Below the pieces are notes generated by a model. It saw only the letters and a list, made by a program, of their open reading frames with translations. It did not search any database and had not been told where the DNA came from. From positions 124,001 through 188,000 of the forward strand of contig CBFFRP010000338.1 of assembly GCA_965644295.1 (NCBI GenBank): 64,000 nucleotides of DNA, read 5' to 3'. Of this stretch, positions 25,091 through 38,100 are shown piece after piece. Both the position numbers and the translations under genes were made by a program. The DNA is from Paraphysomonas bandaiensis. Lineage: Eukaryota; Protista; Chrysophyceae. Within the stretch, counting starts at the first letter, position 1. Each line of letters starts with the position of its first letter.

Positions 25091-26373
25091 ATGGAGAAAA
25101 CGTTTATTCGTTCATTTAAGTCAATTATTCGGCATATGGGACCGTCTTTTGCTCACTGTAATAGTGGGGAAGAATCATACAGTACTATTGAAGCTGTAAG
25201 TAGGCGTCTCTGTCGCTATGTATGTATGTGTATATATACACTCCTGATGTGGTTTTTTGTTAGGCGGATGCAGAAATTGAAAAGAATAAACGAAGAGTGA
25301 AAACACCTCAGTCATATGAGAACATGAAGATGGCACCGGGTCAAGGAGCAGTTCATTCTTATGATGGTCTTCGTGTTGCTGTACAAAAACAAGTGAATTT
25401 GAACAGCATTGTGTCCCACTTGTAAGTATATATCCTAATGGAACATTTTGTGTAATTCTATTTCGTACAGTTATTGGGTTGGTTCACAAGTTACTGGGCA
25501 GCCTATTTACCAGTACCGTATCATTTTTGCTGACGATGATAAGTTAGTAAACATTGCGACTGATATGGACTTCAACATTGAGGGTGAGCTTAAATGGCCG
25601 CTTCTGGAGAATGTTGCTACAAAAGTCAACTTTGCTGTAAGTGGTCTCAACGTTTCACTATAGTGTGTTACCTCTGTCTCAGATTGCTGAACAAGCAAAG
25701 AATGTCAATGCGGAGGTCCATTACAATGGCGATAATTGGACAGGGCATGTTCTCTTTGGCAAGAATCCGGGGAATGTTTTGGGGTGTTCATACGTTCAAG
25801 CTTTAACACCTGCTCTTAGTTTAGGCGGTTCGTAATACATCATTTTAAATTCTGTGTTTTTTATTTGTAATATAGGATTTTGCCAATGGGATGTGGCCAA
25901 AGGTCCAGTGACAACTGGCTTTGCGGGATTATATGATGATGGGGATCATGTTCTTGCCGGAAAGTATGATAGCAATGTGAGTGTTGTGTGCGCTGTTATG
26001 AACACTACTTAAATGAATTCCACTAAATGAATTTATTCCTGCAGATTCATTTAATGTACCTTCGAAGAGTAAACCCTAATAGAGTCAACGTTTCCACTGA
26101 TCTTGTGGTTGGCGCAGATAACAGCAGCACTGTTAGTGTTTTTCATTGTATTGTTAATCCTTTGTTAACTCTTCGTGTGTGCAGATGACATTGGCGGCGG
26201 AGTACACTTTGAAACAGAGTAAACTTAACTTCAGTGTCGATTCGAACCTGTATTTGAAAAGTATGTTGGAAGCCACTATTTCTCCTGGCACATCGCTTCA
26301 GTTCTCTGCAGAAGTCTTGCATTCGAAAGATCACTATCGCTTTGGTTATGGAATCACAATGGGTGGCAATTAA
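25091..26373 (+). CDS. TOM40: Mitochondrial outer-membrane translocase channel Tom40
   Basis: Seven exons encode YDGLRVAVQKQVNLNSIVSH, SYVQALTPALSLGG and AEYTLKQSKLNFSVDSN, ending in the beta-signal-like YRFGYGITMG. Confidence 0.88.
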
Positions 26374-26975
26374 GTGGCGAACTCGTGTGCATCAGTAAGT
26401 GTTATAAATCCAAGTTTCGCATATTAATATTACTTAAAAATGGGCCGAATTTGAGTAATAATATGTTGGTAGACGCACGTTTAAAGTACAGCTACGTTTA
26501 CGATTATAAACATTAGTAAGGATAAGAAACCACAAGAAACGACGCTTTTAAGTCCATCAATTTGTCATAATCACGAAATTTGCATGCTGATTAAACTGAT
26601 ATGGTTTGCTACTAATTATGTTAGTAACCAGGGCTAGGAAACTATGTATCAATATTGTTTCTGTTAAAGTGGCTCACAAGTCACAATATATTGCAATCAA
26701 TATCATGATAGTCATATACGAAACGATTCTTAACTGTGTTAACAGTATTGCAACCACCTACGTGGCGTCACTTATGACTGTGAATGGTGTTGACAAAGCA
26801 CGCTACGTCTATATTGAATATAGTCTTCGCATAAAACATGCCTTGTACATTGTAGAAGTAGTGATTCAGCCTATAAAGAGTAGTAGGCATTTGGAGACAT
26901 TCAGTTTATATTTATATAATCTAGTTTGAATTGGGTACTAGAACACAGTACTATGGAACGGTTCAGCATGTAAAC

Positions 26976-27776
26976 CAGGGATAGGGAACAATATATTGCA
27001 ATACTATTGTTAGATAGCGTTCCATCAATAGTATTGATGGATTTTTTAAACCGGTCCTACAATACAATTACAATATATTGCAATATATTGTCAATGTATT
27101 GCGGTATATTAGTTTGACTAATCAGTAGGTAAACACATCCGTAGATTTCATTTTTAGTATTAGACATTAAGATCACATGACAACCAAACCAACTGCTGCT
27201 TATAGCTACTAAAAATCCACCTCGTCCTCATCCACTGAGCCATCATCGGTGAGGTCGACATCACCATATTCATCCACAGAATTAATTGAAATATGCTAGT
27301 ATCCGGCCATAACTGTCGAATAGCTTTCTAAAACAACAGCATATATTAAGTAAGATGGATACTTTTGCGCAACACTGATATAATATGTTTAGCTGTGCTG
27401 AACAGACGTTCCCATGTATCGGAAGTACATACCAGGGCCAGGCAACCGTTAACGACTCGTGGATCTGTACGTTTCTTAATTTTTTTAGCTGACTGAAGAT
27501 TTTTAGTCGCATAGTCAACATCAGCTTCATTATCCTTTGTAATGTTGTAATCAATTTCTCGGTTATTTATATCCATTTTGCACCCTACAGTTGAGAATCT
27601 TCTCTTATATGACTATCATAATATTGATTGCAATATATTGCAATAGTATTGTGAGCTCTTTTAGCAGAAACACTATTGATGGAATATTTGACCACTCCAC
27701 CAATCAATATATTTTACAATATATTGCAATATATTGTACAATGTATTGCAATACAATATATTGTTCCCTATCCCTG
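26976..27776 (-). mobile_element. Non-autonomous hAT element (801 bp) retaining the transposase C-terminal remnant
   Basis: Perfect 23-bp TIR CAGGGATAGGGAACAATATATTG. Perfect 8-bp TSD ATGTAAAC (26968-26975 and 27777-27784). Subterminal CAATATATTG repeats. Minus-strand CTSDTWERLFSTAKHIISVLRK. Confidence 0.93.
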
Positions 27777-28061
27777 ATGTAAACAAATACAGTGATTATA
27801 GTTCTGCATAACATCACCTTTTCAATAAGGCTGCCTCCACGCGACAATATTTTGCTAATCCAAAAAGTACACGTTGGTTACATTATATGACATAAATGAC
27901 TACTACTCGAACGTACTGGGTTTTGCATGCAAAGTGCTATAGTTAAACCTATGTTGATACAACTTCTGCAATGACAATTAGTCGGTTAAACAATGCCATG
28001 TCGTGTGATAATAACGGCAGAAACTAGTGGAACGGAATACCATTCAAGCGACTAATCGTCC

Positions 28062-29787
28062 CTAAAACCACGTACTCTGTGTCTGACTTCCTTTCAATGA
28101 CGGGCGTTTCGATGGGCTTTTTCCCTCACTAGTCATGATCAATCGGGTGATAGTGTGGCATATCATTTCGAATGTTGGTCGCTGTTCATGATCCGCATGC
28201 CAGCAAGATTCCAGGAGTTGCACAAAATCTTGGGACCAGGACTTATCGATTTTCGGGCGCTCGCCCTTCCTGACAACGCGGTTCATGAAATCGTTGCGAT
28301 TCATGCCTTTGAAAGGAGTTTTATCTTTGGCCATTTGCCACAGAAGTATACCAAAAGAATAAACATCAGTTTTCTCGTTGTAAGGCTGTCGCAATGCAAC
28401 TTCAGGGGCCATGTATCGCAAACTACCAGTATTTCCAGTCATTTCGTAGCATTCATCCATCGAAGATCTCTTGCGAACAATGGTGCATAGACCAAAATCA
28501 AACAACTTCAACTGACCATCAGCGGTAAAGCCAATGTTGTCGGGCTTTATATCACGGTGTATAATAGTAGCCCCTTCGTGAACATGATTATGTAAATAGT
28601 AGAATGCATCTGCAATATCTTTCGCCATTGACAATAGTGTTGAATAAGTAAAAGTTGACTTTTTGAATAGCCTGTGACTGAGCCCAGTCTTCTTTTCACG
28701 TTCACCTAAAACAGAATTCAAAGATCCACCCCCTAACCACTCAAGCACTATAAATCGCCTTGGTTGTCGTCCTGCTCCAAGAAGCCTAATAATGTTAGGA
28801 TGATTCATTCGGGCAAGCATGCCATGTTCTACATCGAATTCATGTACCGCAACTTTGTTTGTTTTCGCGCGTTCTGTAATTATTTTTACAACAACTTGCT
28901 GGCCTTTGTATCGAGCAGAGTAGACATTGCTGTTGCTACCATCTGCTATATGCTTCAAATCCTGAAAATGATCAAAGGTTAAATTGTCTGGAATTCGTGC
29001 TGATGGAGGAATTTCAGACACCGGAAAGGAGTAACTATCGACAGGTTCCCATGTAGGGGGAATGCCACACTCAGCATCAGGAAAATCTGAATCGGGAAGA
29101 TTTTCAATTTTCTTCATACCATGAGAAGACCAGCAACCCATTTCAGCGGCCTCTTCTTCTCCCATTTCCGCCAAGTTTAGACCTGACCCGTATGCGGTCA
29201 GCTCTCGAGGTTTGAATATTTTATTATCCAACTCAGCGTCGGCGTCTTCAGAGTCATGAAAATTACTGGATGCAATCAATGAAGCTTCGCATATAAATGA
29301 CATATACTTTATTTTGACAGCTGTAAAATCCACGTGAGCTCGAGTATAGCATACAACAAAAGATTGAATGTCATTTTCACTGGTAATAATGTGAGCAACT
29401 TCAGTATCCACCGGAAGGGTTATAACATCCTTCGATTTCTTTCTCGGCAACTCAAGATGTCTGTGACTATTATGACTCCATACATATCCAGCATCAGCTA
29501 CTCTAGCCTGCTCACATAACTGTATATATAACAATTACTATATATCATCATATATCATAACTATAACATACTTTAACTGAGTTGTTTCGCCAGCTATCAG
29601 ATATACCCGGAGTAAACGCCTTCTCATCAGTGAATAGACGTTTAACAACTTGTTTTACTGAATCAGATATATAGTAATGATCACAGTGAAGATCTCCACT
29701 GTCATTAGGTGTCCAGTATTCAATAACATCGAATCCAAGTACAGTATTTAGTATAGACAAAGTCTGTGATGTAGCTGATGTATCCAT
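28062..29787 (-). CDS. TKL-group protein kinase with an N-terminal GAF-like region
   Basis: Kinase motifs IADGSNSNV, VVVK, HRDIKPDN, DFG, TGSLRYMAPE and DVYSFG. The N-terminal exon FDVIEYW...YVWS resembles GAF-like segments (weaker call). Confidence 0.92.
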
Positions 29788-30099
29788 ACAATACAACACG
29801 AATATCTTTGAATTCTATTAGTAAGACAAAGAGATATAGATTCAGTAAGATGTGTAATAAAAGGTTACAAAGAGCATTGAAGAGAGTATATATCTTTGTT
29901 TAATAGAATTGTATAGTATGGATGGTATGGATGTATGGATGGATGGGCTGGTCAATCAACTCTATGGATGAGTGGATCGATCGGATGCAAATACCATACT
30001 GCATACTTCGTCACTCACACATATACATACATATACATACATACTGATATGACCATAGCATACAATCATGCTGTATTTGCACACCTCCATCTCAATATC

Positions 30100-31114
30100 C
30101 GCAGAGAAAAATACGGTACTCGGACGAATGTTACGGATGTTACAAATCAATAAACGGACGGAATACCCCCGTTGCTTTCACACAGTCTACACTACAGGTA
30201 GTCAAAGCAAGGTTCTCTTTATAGTTTACTACAGAACTTCTCAGTAAGAGGAAATTATGCCTCTATTCACAGCCGTACACTACACACTGCATAATATAAC
30301 ACCATACACCTCTATGTGCCCTATGCATATCTTATACAGTCACTTCAAGTACTAAACTGAAAAGAACATCCTCTCATTCCTCTACGCACCCCTGTGATGT
30401 GTCTACTCGTTCCCAACGATCAGACATATCAAATGACGAAACAATTTTCCTTGTAGGGGTTTAGTCAGCACATCAGCCAACATCTCTCCTGTAGGTAAGT
30501 ACTGAAGCTTCACGTCTCCCCTATCATGGTGTTCTTCGACTAAAGCCTGCCTTACTCGTAGATATTTCGATCGGTATTTGCCTCCTCCTTTCGTTACGAG
30601 ACTGAGATTCGACAAGTTGTCCTGATAAATAACAGGTGGGTCAAGCGCATAGCCCTGCCCACACACAAACTCATGTAATCTCATTGCATTAGACATCATA
30701 TCAGACAGGCCGACCAGCTCGGATTCGGTCGAGTAACGAAAGGAGGAGGCAAATACCGATCGAAATATCTACGAGTAAGGCAGGCTTTAGTCGAAGAACA
30801 CCATGATAGGGGAGACGTGAAGCTTCAGTACTTACCAATACGGTACTCGGTCGAATGTTACGGATGTTACAAATCAATAAACGGACGGAATACCCCCGTT
30901 GCTTTCACACAGTCTACACTACAGGTAGTCAAAGCAAGGTTCTCTTTATAGTTTACTACAGAACTTCTCAGTAAGAGGAAATTATGCCTCTATTCTACAG
31001 CCGTACACTACACACTGCATAATATAACACCATACACCTCTATGTGCCCTATGCATATCTTATACAGTCACTTCAAGTACTAAACTGAAAAGAACATCCT
31101 CTCATTCCTCTACG
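30100..31114 (-). mobile_element. Internally deleted Ty1/Copia LTR retrotransposon with CG...CG termini
   Basis: LTRs at 30100-30386 and 30837-31114 differ by 1 substitution and 1 indel; the second lacks 10 inner nt. 5-bp TSD ATATC at 30095-30099 and 31115-31119. PPT-like tract next to 30387. Copia RNase H remnant IYQDN...RSKYLRVR...YLPTGEMLADVLTKPL at 30403-30730. Confidence 0.92.
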
Positions 31115-31519
31115 ATATCAATACGTGGTATACAGTATCGTATACCGGCATAGCAATATAATCGGTCTCAGATATCCGTTGAATACAGCAGACTGTATAC
31201 CGGTATATGTATAGTATGAGGAATCTTTAGCTTATCTAGATATGCACAAGATATCCGCCAGTTCTATTTACGTACACAACAGATAGCAGCGCTCCGTAAC
31301 TCTACCGATTTGATGCCTCTACCTCGCAGAATCTCACCTCTCCCTCGGAACACTGTTATCCCATCTACATAACTCTGACCCTCCCTTAAGCTTCGCGGAC
31401 TCCTATCCCCAAAGGGCGTCCAACTGATTAACCATACCTCTTGCAACTGAAGGACTACACGTCCGTGGGACTCAAAAATTCTGAAGTCAGCAGATGTCTG
31501 CGTTGGCTTTGAGTGATAG

Positions 31520-31680
31520 AGCGAAAGTGGTTGCACCTTGCTGCTTGCGGTGACGCGCAAGCAGATTTTGTAGTACCAAATAGTAGGATATCAGATATAA
31601 GCACTAGTTAGTTTTAAAAAATTGCTACATTAGTTCTGACTTTTACACGCTTATTGCAAATAATCAGGCATTCACTAAAT
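31520..31680 (+). repeat. Dispersed repeat family X arm, further copy
   Basis: Colinear with 18510-18667. Perfect 9-bp stem CTGCTTGCG-gtgacg-CGCAAGCAG at 31541-31564. Confidence 0.85.
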
Positions 31681-32430
31681 GTATTTCTTCAGGTCGACCA
31701 ATCGATATTTTAACGATATATGGTTCCCTAATCAGACACTATGAGTCCATATATTAGTGCTGCACATGTCAGCTTCAATGTGCACTTCATCCATTCTACC
31801 TTTAGTCTTTATGATATTTAAGTGACTACATTGCCACTCATTCCAGCAGCCGTGTAGCTCATATATCCTGTTGCGACTAAATCGACGATTCCATCCACTA
31901 TAAAAGCAATATCTTTTAATAGATAATTTAACGCCAGCGTATTATTAAAACTTTGGCAGTTGAGTACCTCCTATCACTACTGCTTATACTCTCGTCACCA
32001 GGACACTGTGTCATATCTATCTAGTGGCAGTATTGTCACTAACTTGGGTTTGTTGTGCCATTTACTCTTTACTCATAGTGTTAAAGCCGATATGTGCCTT
32101 GCTATCAGCAAAAGCTTTATACTGTCAACTTAACATATCATCTAACATCTACTAATCGAAATATAGCAAGAGCACAAATGCGGAAGTCAGTGAAATACTC
32201 ACTGCAGATATATAAGAGTGTACTACTTATTAGATACAAACTATTATTATTACTATACCATGGTAAAGTTAAGTACCAGCCCGCACTTCCAAATTCTGTA
32301 CTGGCCTATTTTATCACATCTTTATTACAACTGTTTCAAATAAACAGCATAGAGATGACTTTTAAAAGATGGTTTTGGACTGCGAGTAACGAGCACTTCC
32401 ATATATATATTGCTCGTGTTCTACAGTATT

Positions 32431-33333
32431 TTATATATCTGATGGTTCCATTGGTAGTGCAGATGCATGAACAAGACCCTTGGAATGTTCAATAAACAAC
32501 TTAAGGTCTTGAACCACGGCATCCTGCTCCTTACTTGACAGTTTTTCCCAAATACCGGTCAAAACTTGGGACTTCTCGTCAAGACTACAGGCATCAAAAA
32601 AGTCACACCAAGCTTTGATCCTGACAGCGGGGAGGTCTTCATAGTTGTGTAGTGGCATAGGAAGCATCATTGTTGCACTGACACTTTTCACATCGTCAGA
32701 AAACTCCCCGGTTCCACCAATTATACTTAGCAGTACATGATAATACTGCAGTCTTTCTTCTTGAGACGACGCATTCCAAAAGTGTGCTAGTGTAGATAGC
32801 CTCTCCCTAGTGCGGGAAATTAATGATGGGAATATTCATTTTGATATAACTTGCCTGGAATCAGATAAGAGAGTAAACCGCTCCAGCAAGTCCGAGGTTG
32901 AATCCACTGATTCTAAAAGGAATACTTTCTTCCAATTGGCCTTACTTTTTTCAAACTGGGCTTTTAACCAAGATCCTTTCTCGCAACTTTTCATTGCATC
33001 GTTCCAAGCCAAATAACATTCTCGTAGTTTGCCCATTTTCTCATAAGCAGTTGCTTTCCGAAAGTAAGCCTTCATCCACGAGCTGTTGATAGCAATCGCC
33101 GCATTAGCAGCCTCTAATGCATCCTCTAATTTGTCTTGTTGTAAATATGCTGCAGCCAAATTAGAATATAAAACATGTGAATTACTATCTATTTTAATTG
33201 CTTGTTTATAAAGATCTTCAGCGTCAGTGTAGTTCCCTTATAAGGATATCAGATAGACGTATATCGTATAGTAGATGTTGTTACCTTTAGCGAAAGCATC
33301 ATTGCCAAGGGATTTTAATTCTTCTGCTGACAT
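32431..33333 (-). CDS. TPR-repeat protein (STI1/HOP-like N-terminal TPR clamp)
   Basis: MSAEELKSLGNDAFAKG, YSNLAAAY and KAYFRKA motifs. Three exons. Confidence 0.8.
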
Positions 33334-33784
33334 AATCAAAATCAATATGGAATAAAGGATGAGATAGTTTAATATGAGATTGTGTTATGATGTCATGATG
33401 AAGAGAAGAGCATAGATGACTGTCCAAATAGGAGCAGAAATGCAAGATATATAATAAAAAACCATGATTTTTATATATATTCCTTCAGTTTATACCACAA
33501 ACCACTTAAAAATACAACAGATATGGAAAAATATTCAGACTTCTAGATTTTCTAGATTTCATTTTTTATTAGGGTCTATAAAAAACTGAAACATCTCCTC
33601 ACTGAAAAACAATGTCGATTCAAGATCGTCTTCAGTATGGTGGATGGTCGTATGAAGCCATACAGAAGTGATGTGGAGTGTTCGTGTTGGCATATACATA
33701 CACTACATCTACATCCCTCTCTATATATTAAGAGATCAAGTTAATAACTTGGGTTCGTATTATATACCACATAGGCAAGCAAAG

Positions 33785-34394
<610 letters not shown>

Positions 34395-34826
34395 GTATCA
34401 ATCGGTGATGATATATCTTCTTGCCAAGTAAATAATAACACGATTCAAGCATAGTTACATGGTGTGCTGTATGCAATTTAACAGCGCTTATTTCTAAAAA
34501 CACAGGGCCTACTTTAGACGAGTATAGAGGAGAATAACCCTTGAGATTATTATTCAGTAGATAGCAACTTTGAAGTGTTTCATACCTCCCAGAGCGACTA
34601 TTCGTTACTTAGGGCAGGCAGATAGCAATCAAAGAGCCTAGTAGAAGGCAAAACAATACTGCTGTGTCATGTGCTCTTTTTCGATCTATAAATGCAATGG
34701 GTTATTGTGACACACACTACTACCAACTACTGTGCTGGAATTTGAATAAGTGGTAAACTAGGCGTTCGATAAAATTTGTATTCTTTTCTCAATTACACAA
34801 TTTATAATTCACAATATAATACAAGA

Positions 34827-34924
34827 GTATTGTTGGACGGGTTTAAAAATTCCATCATTATTATTTGTGACTTGGTGAGACGCTATCTAACAATAGTATT
34901 GCAATATATTGTTCCCTAGACCTG
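34827..34924. mobile_element. Solo terminal fragment of the hAT family at 26976
   Basis: Reverse complement caggtctagggaacaatatattgcaatactattgttagatagcgt... aligns to 26976-27065. Confidence 0.8.
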
Positions 34925-35126
34925 ATTCACATTGACAACTACAGAACAGCTGCAATGAGACAATTTTGTTGTACGCTTTAACAGATAGACAACATTGTAC
35001 TTTATTATTTTTTACGATAGCCGCAGCATATTTACAAACAATGCATGAAACTAGTCAATTTTAAATTGCAGTGTCAACTGTCAAGACATCAACAAAATAC
35101 AAAGACATGACTTGAATTCTACAGCC

Positions 35127-38100
35127 CTAGCGCCACAGTTTTATTTCGCCATCTCTAGCTGCCGAGATCATCATTTTGATAGGAAGGTCGATCATCTTCA
35201 AATCAACAATCGCGTCCTAAAAAAAGTTATATATAATCAGAAAAGTGACTAACGCAGTTACCTTGAAACTTGTGACAGGGGGAACCATGCCTCTGTACTC
35301 TCGCAGAGGTAGCTGTGATTGAAGGGTAGCGTTCACAGATGGAACTGCGGAATCATAACACAAAAATAACTTTCCTCGTAATCCATTTGAATTCGGGGTT
35401 TCGTACACAGGCTTAGGTTGAGCAGAGTCCAAACCAGAAACAGTGAAGCACTTGTTCGGCGCATTGAAGTCCCAGTATCGTATATTCCGATCTGTTCCGG
35501 CTGTAACTACGTACGATGTGGAGGTTTGTGATATCCTTCCCATTATGGCTCGGACTGTATGATCCTGAACTAAATTCATATTTCGGCTATGACCAACATG
35601 GCTTCCCTGCAGTGGTGCAAGTGAATGAGATGGTATGGCAATGTCGTGAAGTCGTGGAAGACTAGACATAGCATTCTTTGAAGCTGCTGTCATTGGAACA
35701 GAGCGAAAGCACTTCAGACATTCACCTCCTTCTGGTACACCCCAAACAGCAGTTTCATTCCTTCCAGCTGCAACAAAAAGGTACGCCCCCTCCGAAGGAG
35801 TTAATGCGTTATCCCTATTCGAGTGATAGCCAGGTGATGACTTTGCACAAGCGAGACGGTGTATGGGTTGGTAACTTGAGTGTCGCCATAATTTGCATAA
35901 GACGTTGTAACGGATGTCCCAGAGGCCAACAAATCCCAGTGACGTGCCCACACAAATCCAATTGCGATCAGAAGAGCACGCCAGAGTTGTCGGATAGCCA
36001 AGCTCGGGTCTAATTGGATACTGAAAAGGTTCCTAAGCATTTCATCAGGTGCACTGTCGTGATAACGGCTATAGAACAAATACCTGCGAACTTCTTAGAT
36101 CCCAACTGTGGATCATTCCCTTTCGTGTTACATATGTTAAAACGGATGCAGTGTCGCCGGTAAAATGTTGAACACTAAGAATAGGCCCCTCACTCGCATC
36201 CAACACTTTTACGTCTGACACGCCCGTAATTGATGTTTGCGTAGCTCGACCTCCTGAAGTAGTGGTCATATCGTGATTTGACGTCCCTCCACTGGCAGAG
36301 TGAGGACGTGGTCGCGATGAACCTAATTCAACACGCCACACGTGTATCGCGCTGTCGTCAGAACAGGTCGCGACAGAGTGAGAATTTTCGATAATAGCAG
36401 CATCTAGTACTTTTCCAGTGTGCTTCGAGTACGTTTTCGCGCTCCTATACACAAAACACTCAGTTTCTGATAAAATTGTACACGTGCTTCAAACACACCT
36501 CGGGAGAGCGTTTCTGTCCAACCCTTTAACCTGCCAAACTTTAGCGGATCCATCAGACGAAGCTGACACAAAAAAGGTTTGATCTTGAGAGACAGCTATT
36601 CGGTTCACTGAATCGTTGTGTTCAAACATTGTCGATACAACAGTGTTTTCTTTTGGCCGCCACGTTTGGCCTGGTTGGGAATCACTAGAAAACGAAGTAT
36701 CCAATGATTCAATAAACATGCTGAAGGAAACAAGAATGTCAGTACAATACAGTATAAGAATATAGTACCTATAGGGTCTATACTGACGCCCTTCTGATGT
36801 TTGAACTAAAGTTCCAAAATCAGGTGATAGAGGCGGTATCTTCATTGCCTTTATTTTCCTATTTAAACCCTCCACTTCGGCAATTGATGCCTCACCATTT
36901 TTACGCGTGTTATTCTGGTCAGACAGGACGGGCGTCCCAGTGAGTGTGCTGCTACCAGGACGGTGTTGATGTGGTGCAGGAGACAAAGCGGCCATTTCAG
37001 AAGCGGGGTCCCCTTCTGCCAATGCACGAGCAGCATCTGCTTGGTTAATAGTAATTCCATACGCACGCTTAATTAAAGAGAAATCGCAAGGGATACTTTC
37101 GTTATCTAAAGCAACCTGGCGCAACTCATCCGTGGTCGAATGATGCAAAGAGTACTTTTGATGAGGGACAAGGAGTGATTGCACGAGATGTTCTGGAAGC
37201 GACGCTAAAGTTTGGTAGGAAAACAGATCCAAAAGACTATCAAACCCCAGTTGAGCATTGCCTTGCCTGATCGCAGAGGCGTGTCTCTTCTGCCCCGTCA
37301 TTGTGCCTTTACGATCATAAGCTCCTTCCTTATTTTGAAACATTCTAGAAGGAGATTCGCTCAGTACAGCATTTATATAGCTTTGTATGAAAAGCAGCTT
37401 GGTGGCATCCTGCTAGAAAGTTAAAAAACAATTAAATATCTTTGTTGGCGCACCTCGTCAGTTATAGTACTACATGCAGCCTTCGAGCTGTCATTCTTTG
37501 CGCCAGATTTGGAAACATCAGTCATTCTTTGAGAGGGCTTTAAACTTTCACGTTCAGTTCTAACTAAATCTTCGTCATCACCACCGTTAGATTCTTCTTG
37601 GTGGTCAACATCAAGTACGACAGAAGTGGTCGAAACAACTTCGGAAGAAATACCTGTGTTGTGTGTAATCGGAGAAGCCTTTACCACCAACGAGTCCGGC
37701 CATGCTTGCATAGCTTGCTGATACATTGTGCGACTAAGAGGAGTGCATAGTGCTGACTTCAAACTCTGAGGAGTAATTTCCACTCCAACTAAATCTAACG
37801 TCAGCAACGGTTTGAACTGGGGTAGTAAATAAACGTATGAATCTGTGACACCAAAATATTTGGCCGCCGCTGCAATCATGCCAATCGTGTTTTCTCGGAT
37901 AGCATTCGAAGGATGGACAAGTAATGGAAGAGGCTTGCTAACAGCGTCAACAATAAGAGGTTTTGAGAGCAAGCCCATTTCAATCAAAGCCCACACACAC
38001 TTAACGGCGCTGGACACAACTATTTCATGTGGATCAACACGGGCCTTCTCGAGGGCCTTTTCAAGAATAGGCAGTACATATTCACCTGTCAACGCTCCAC

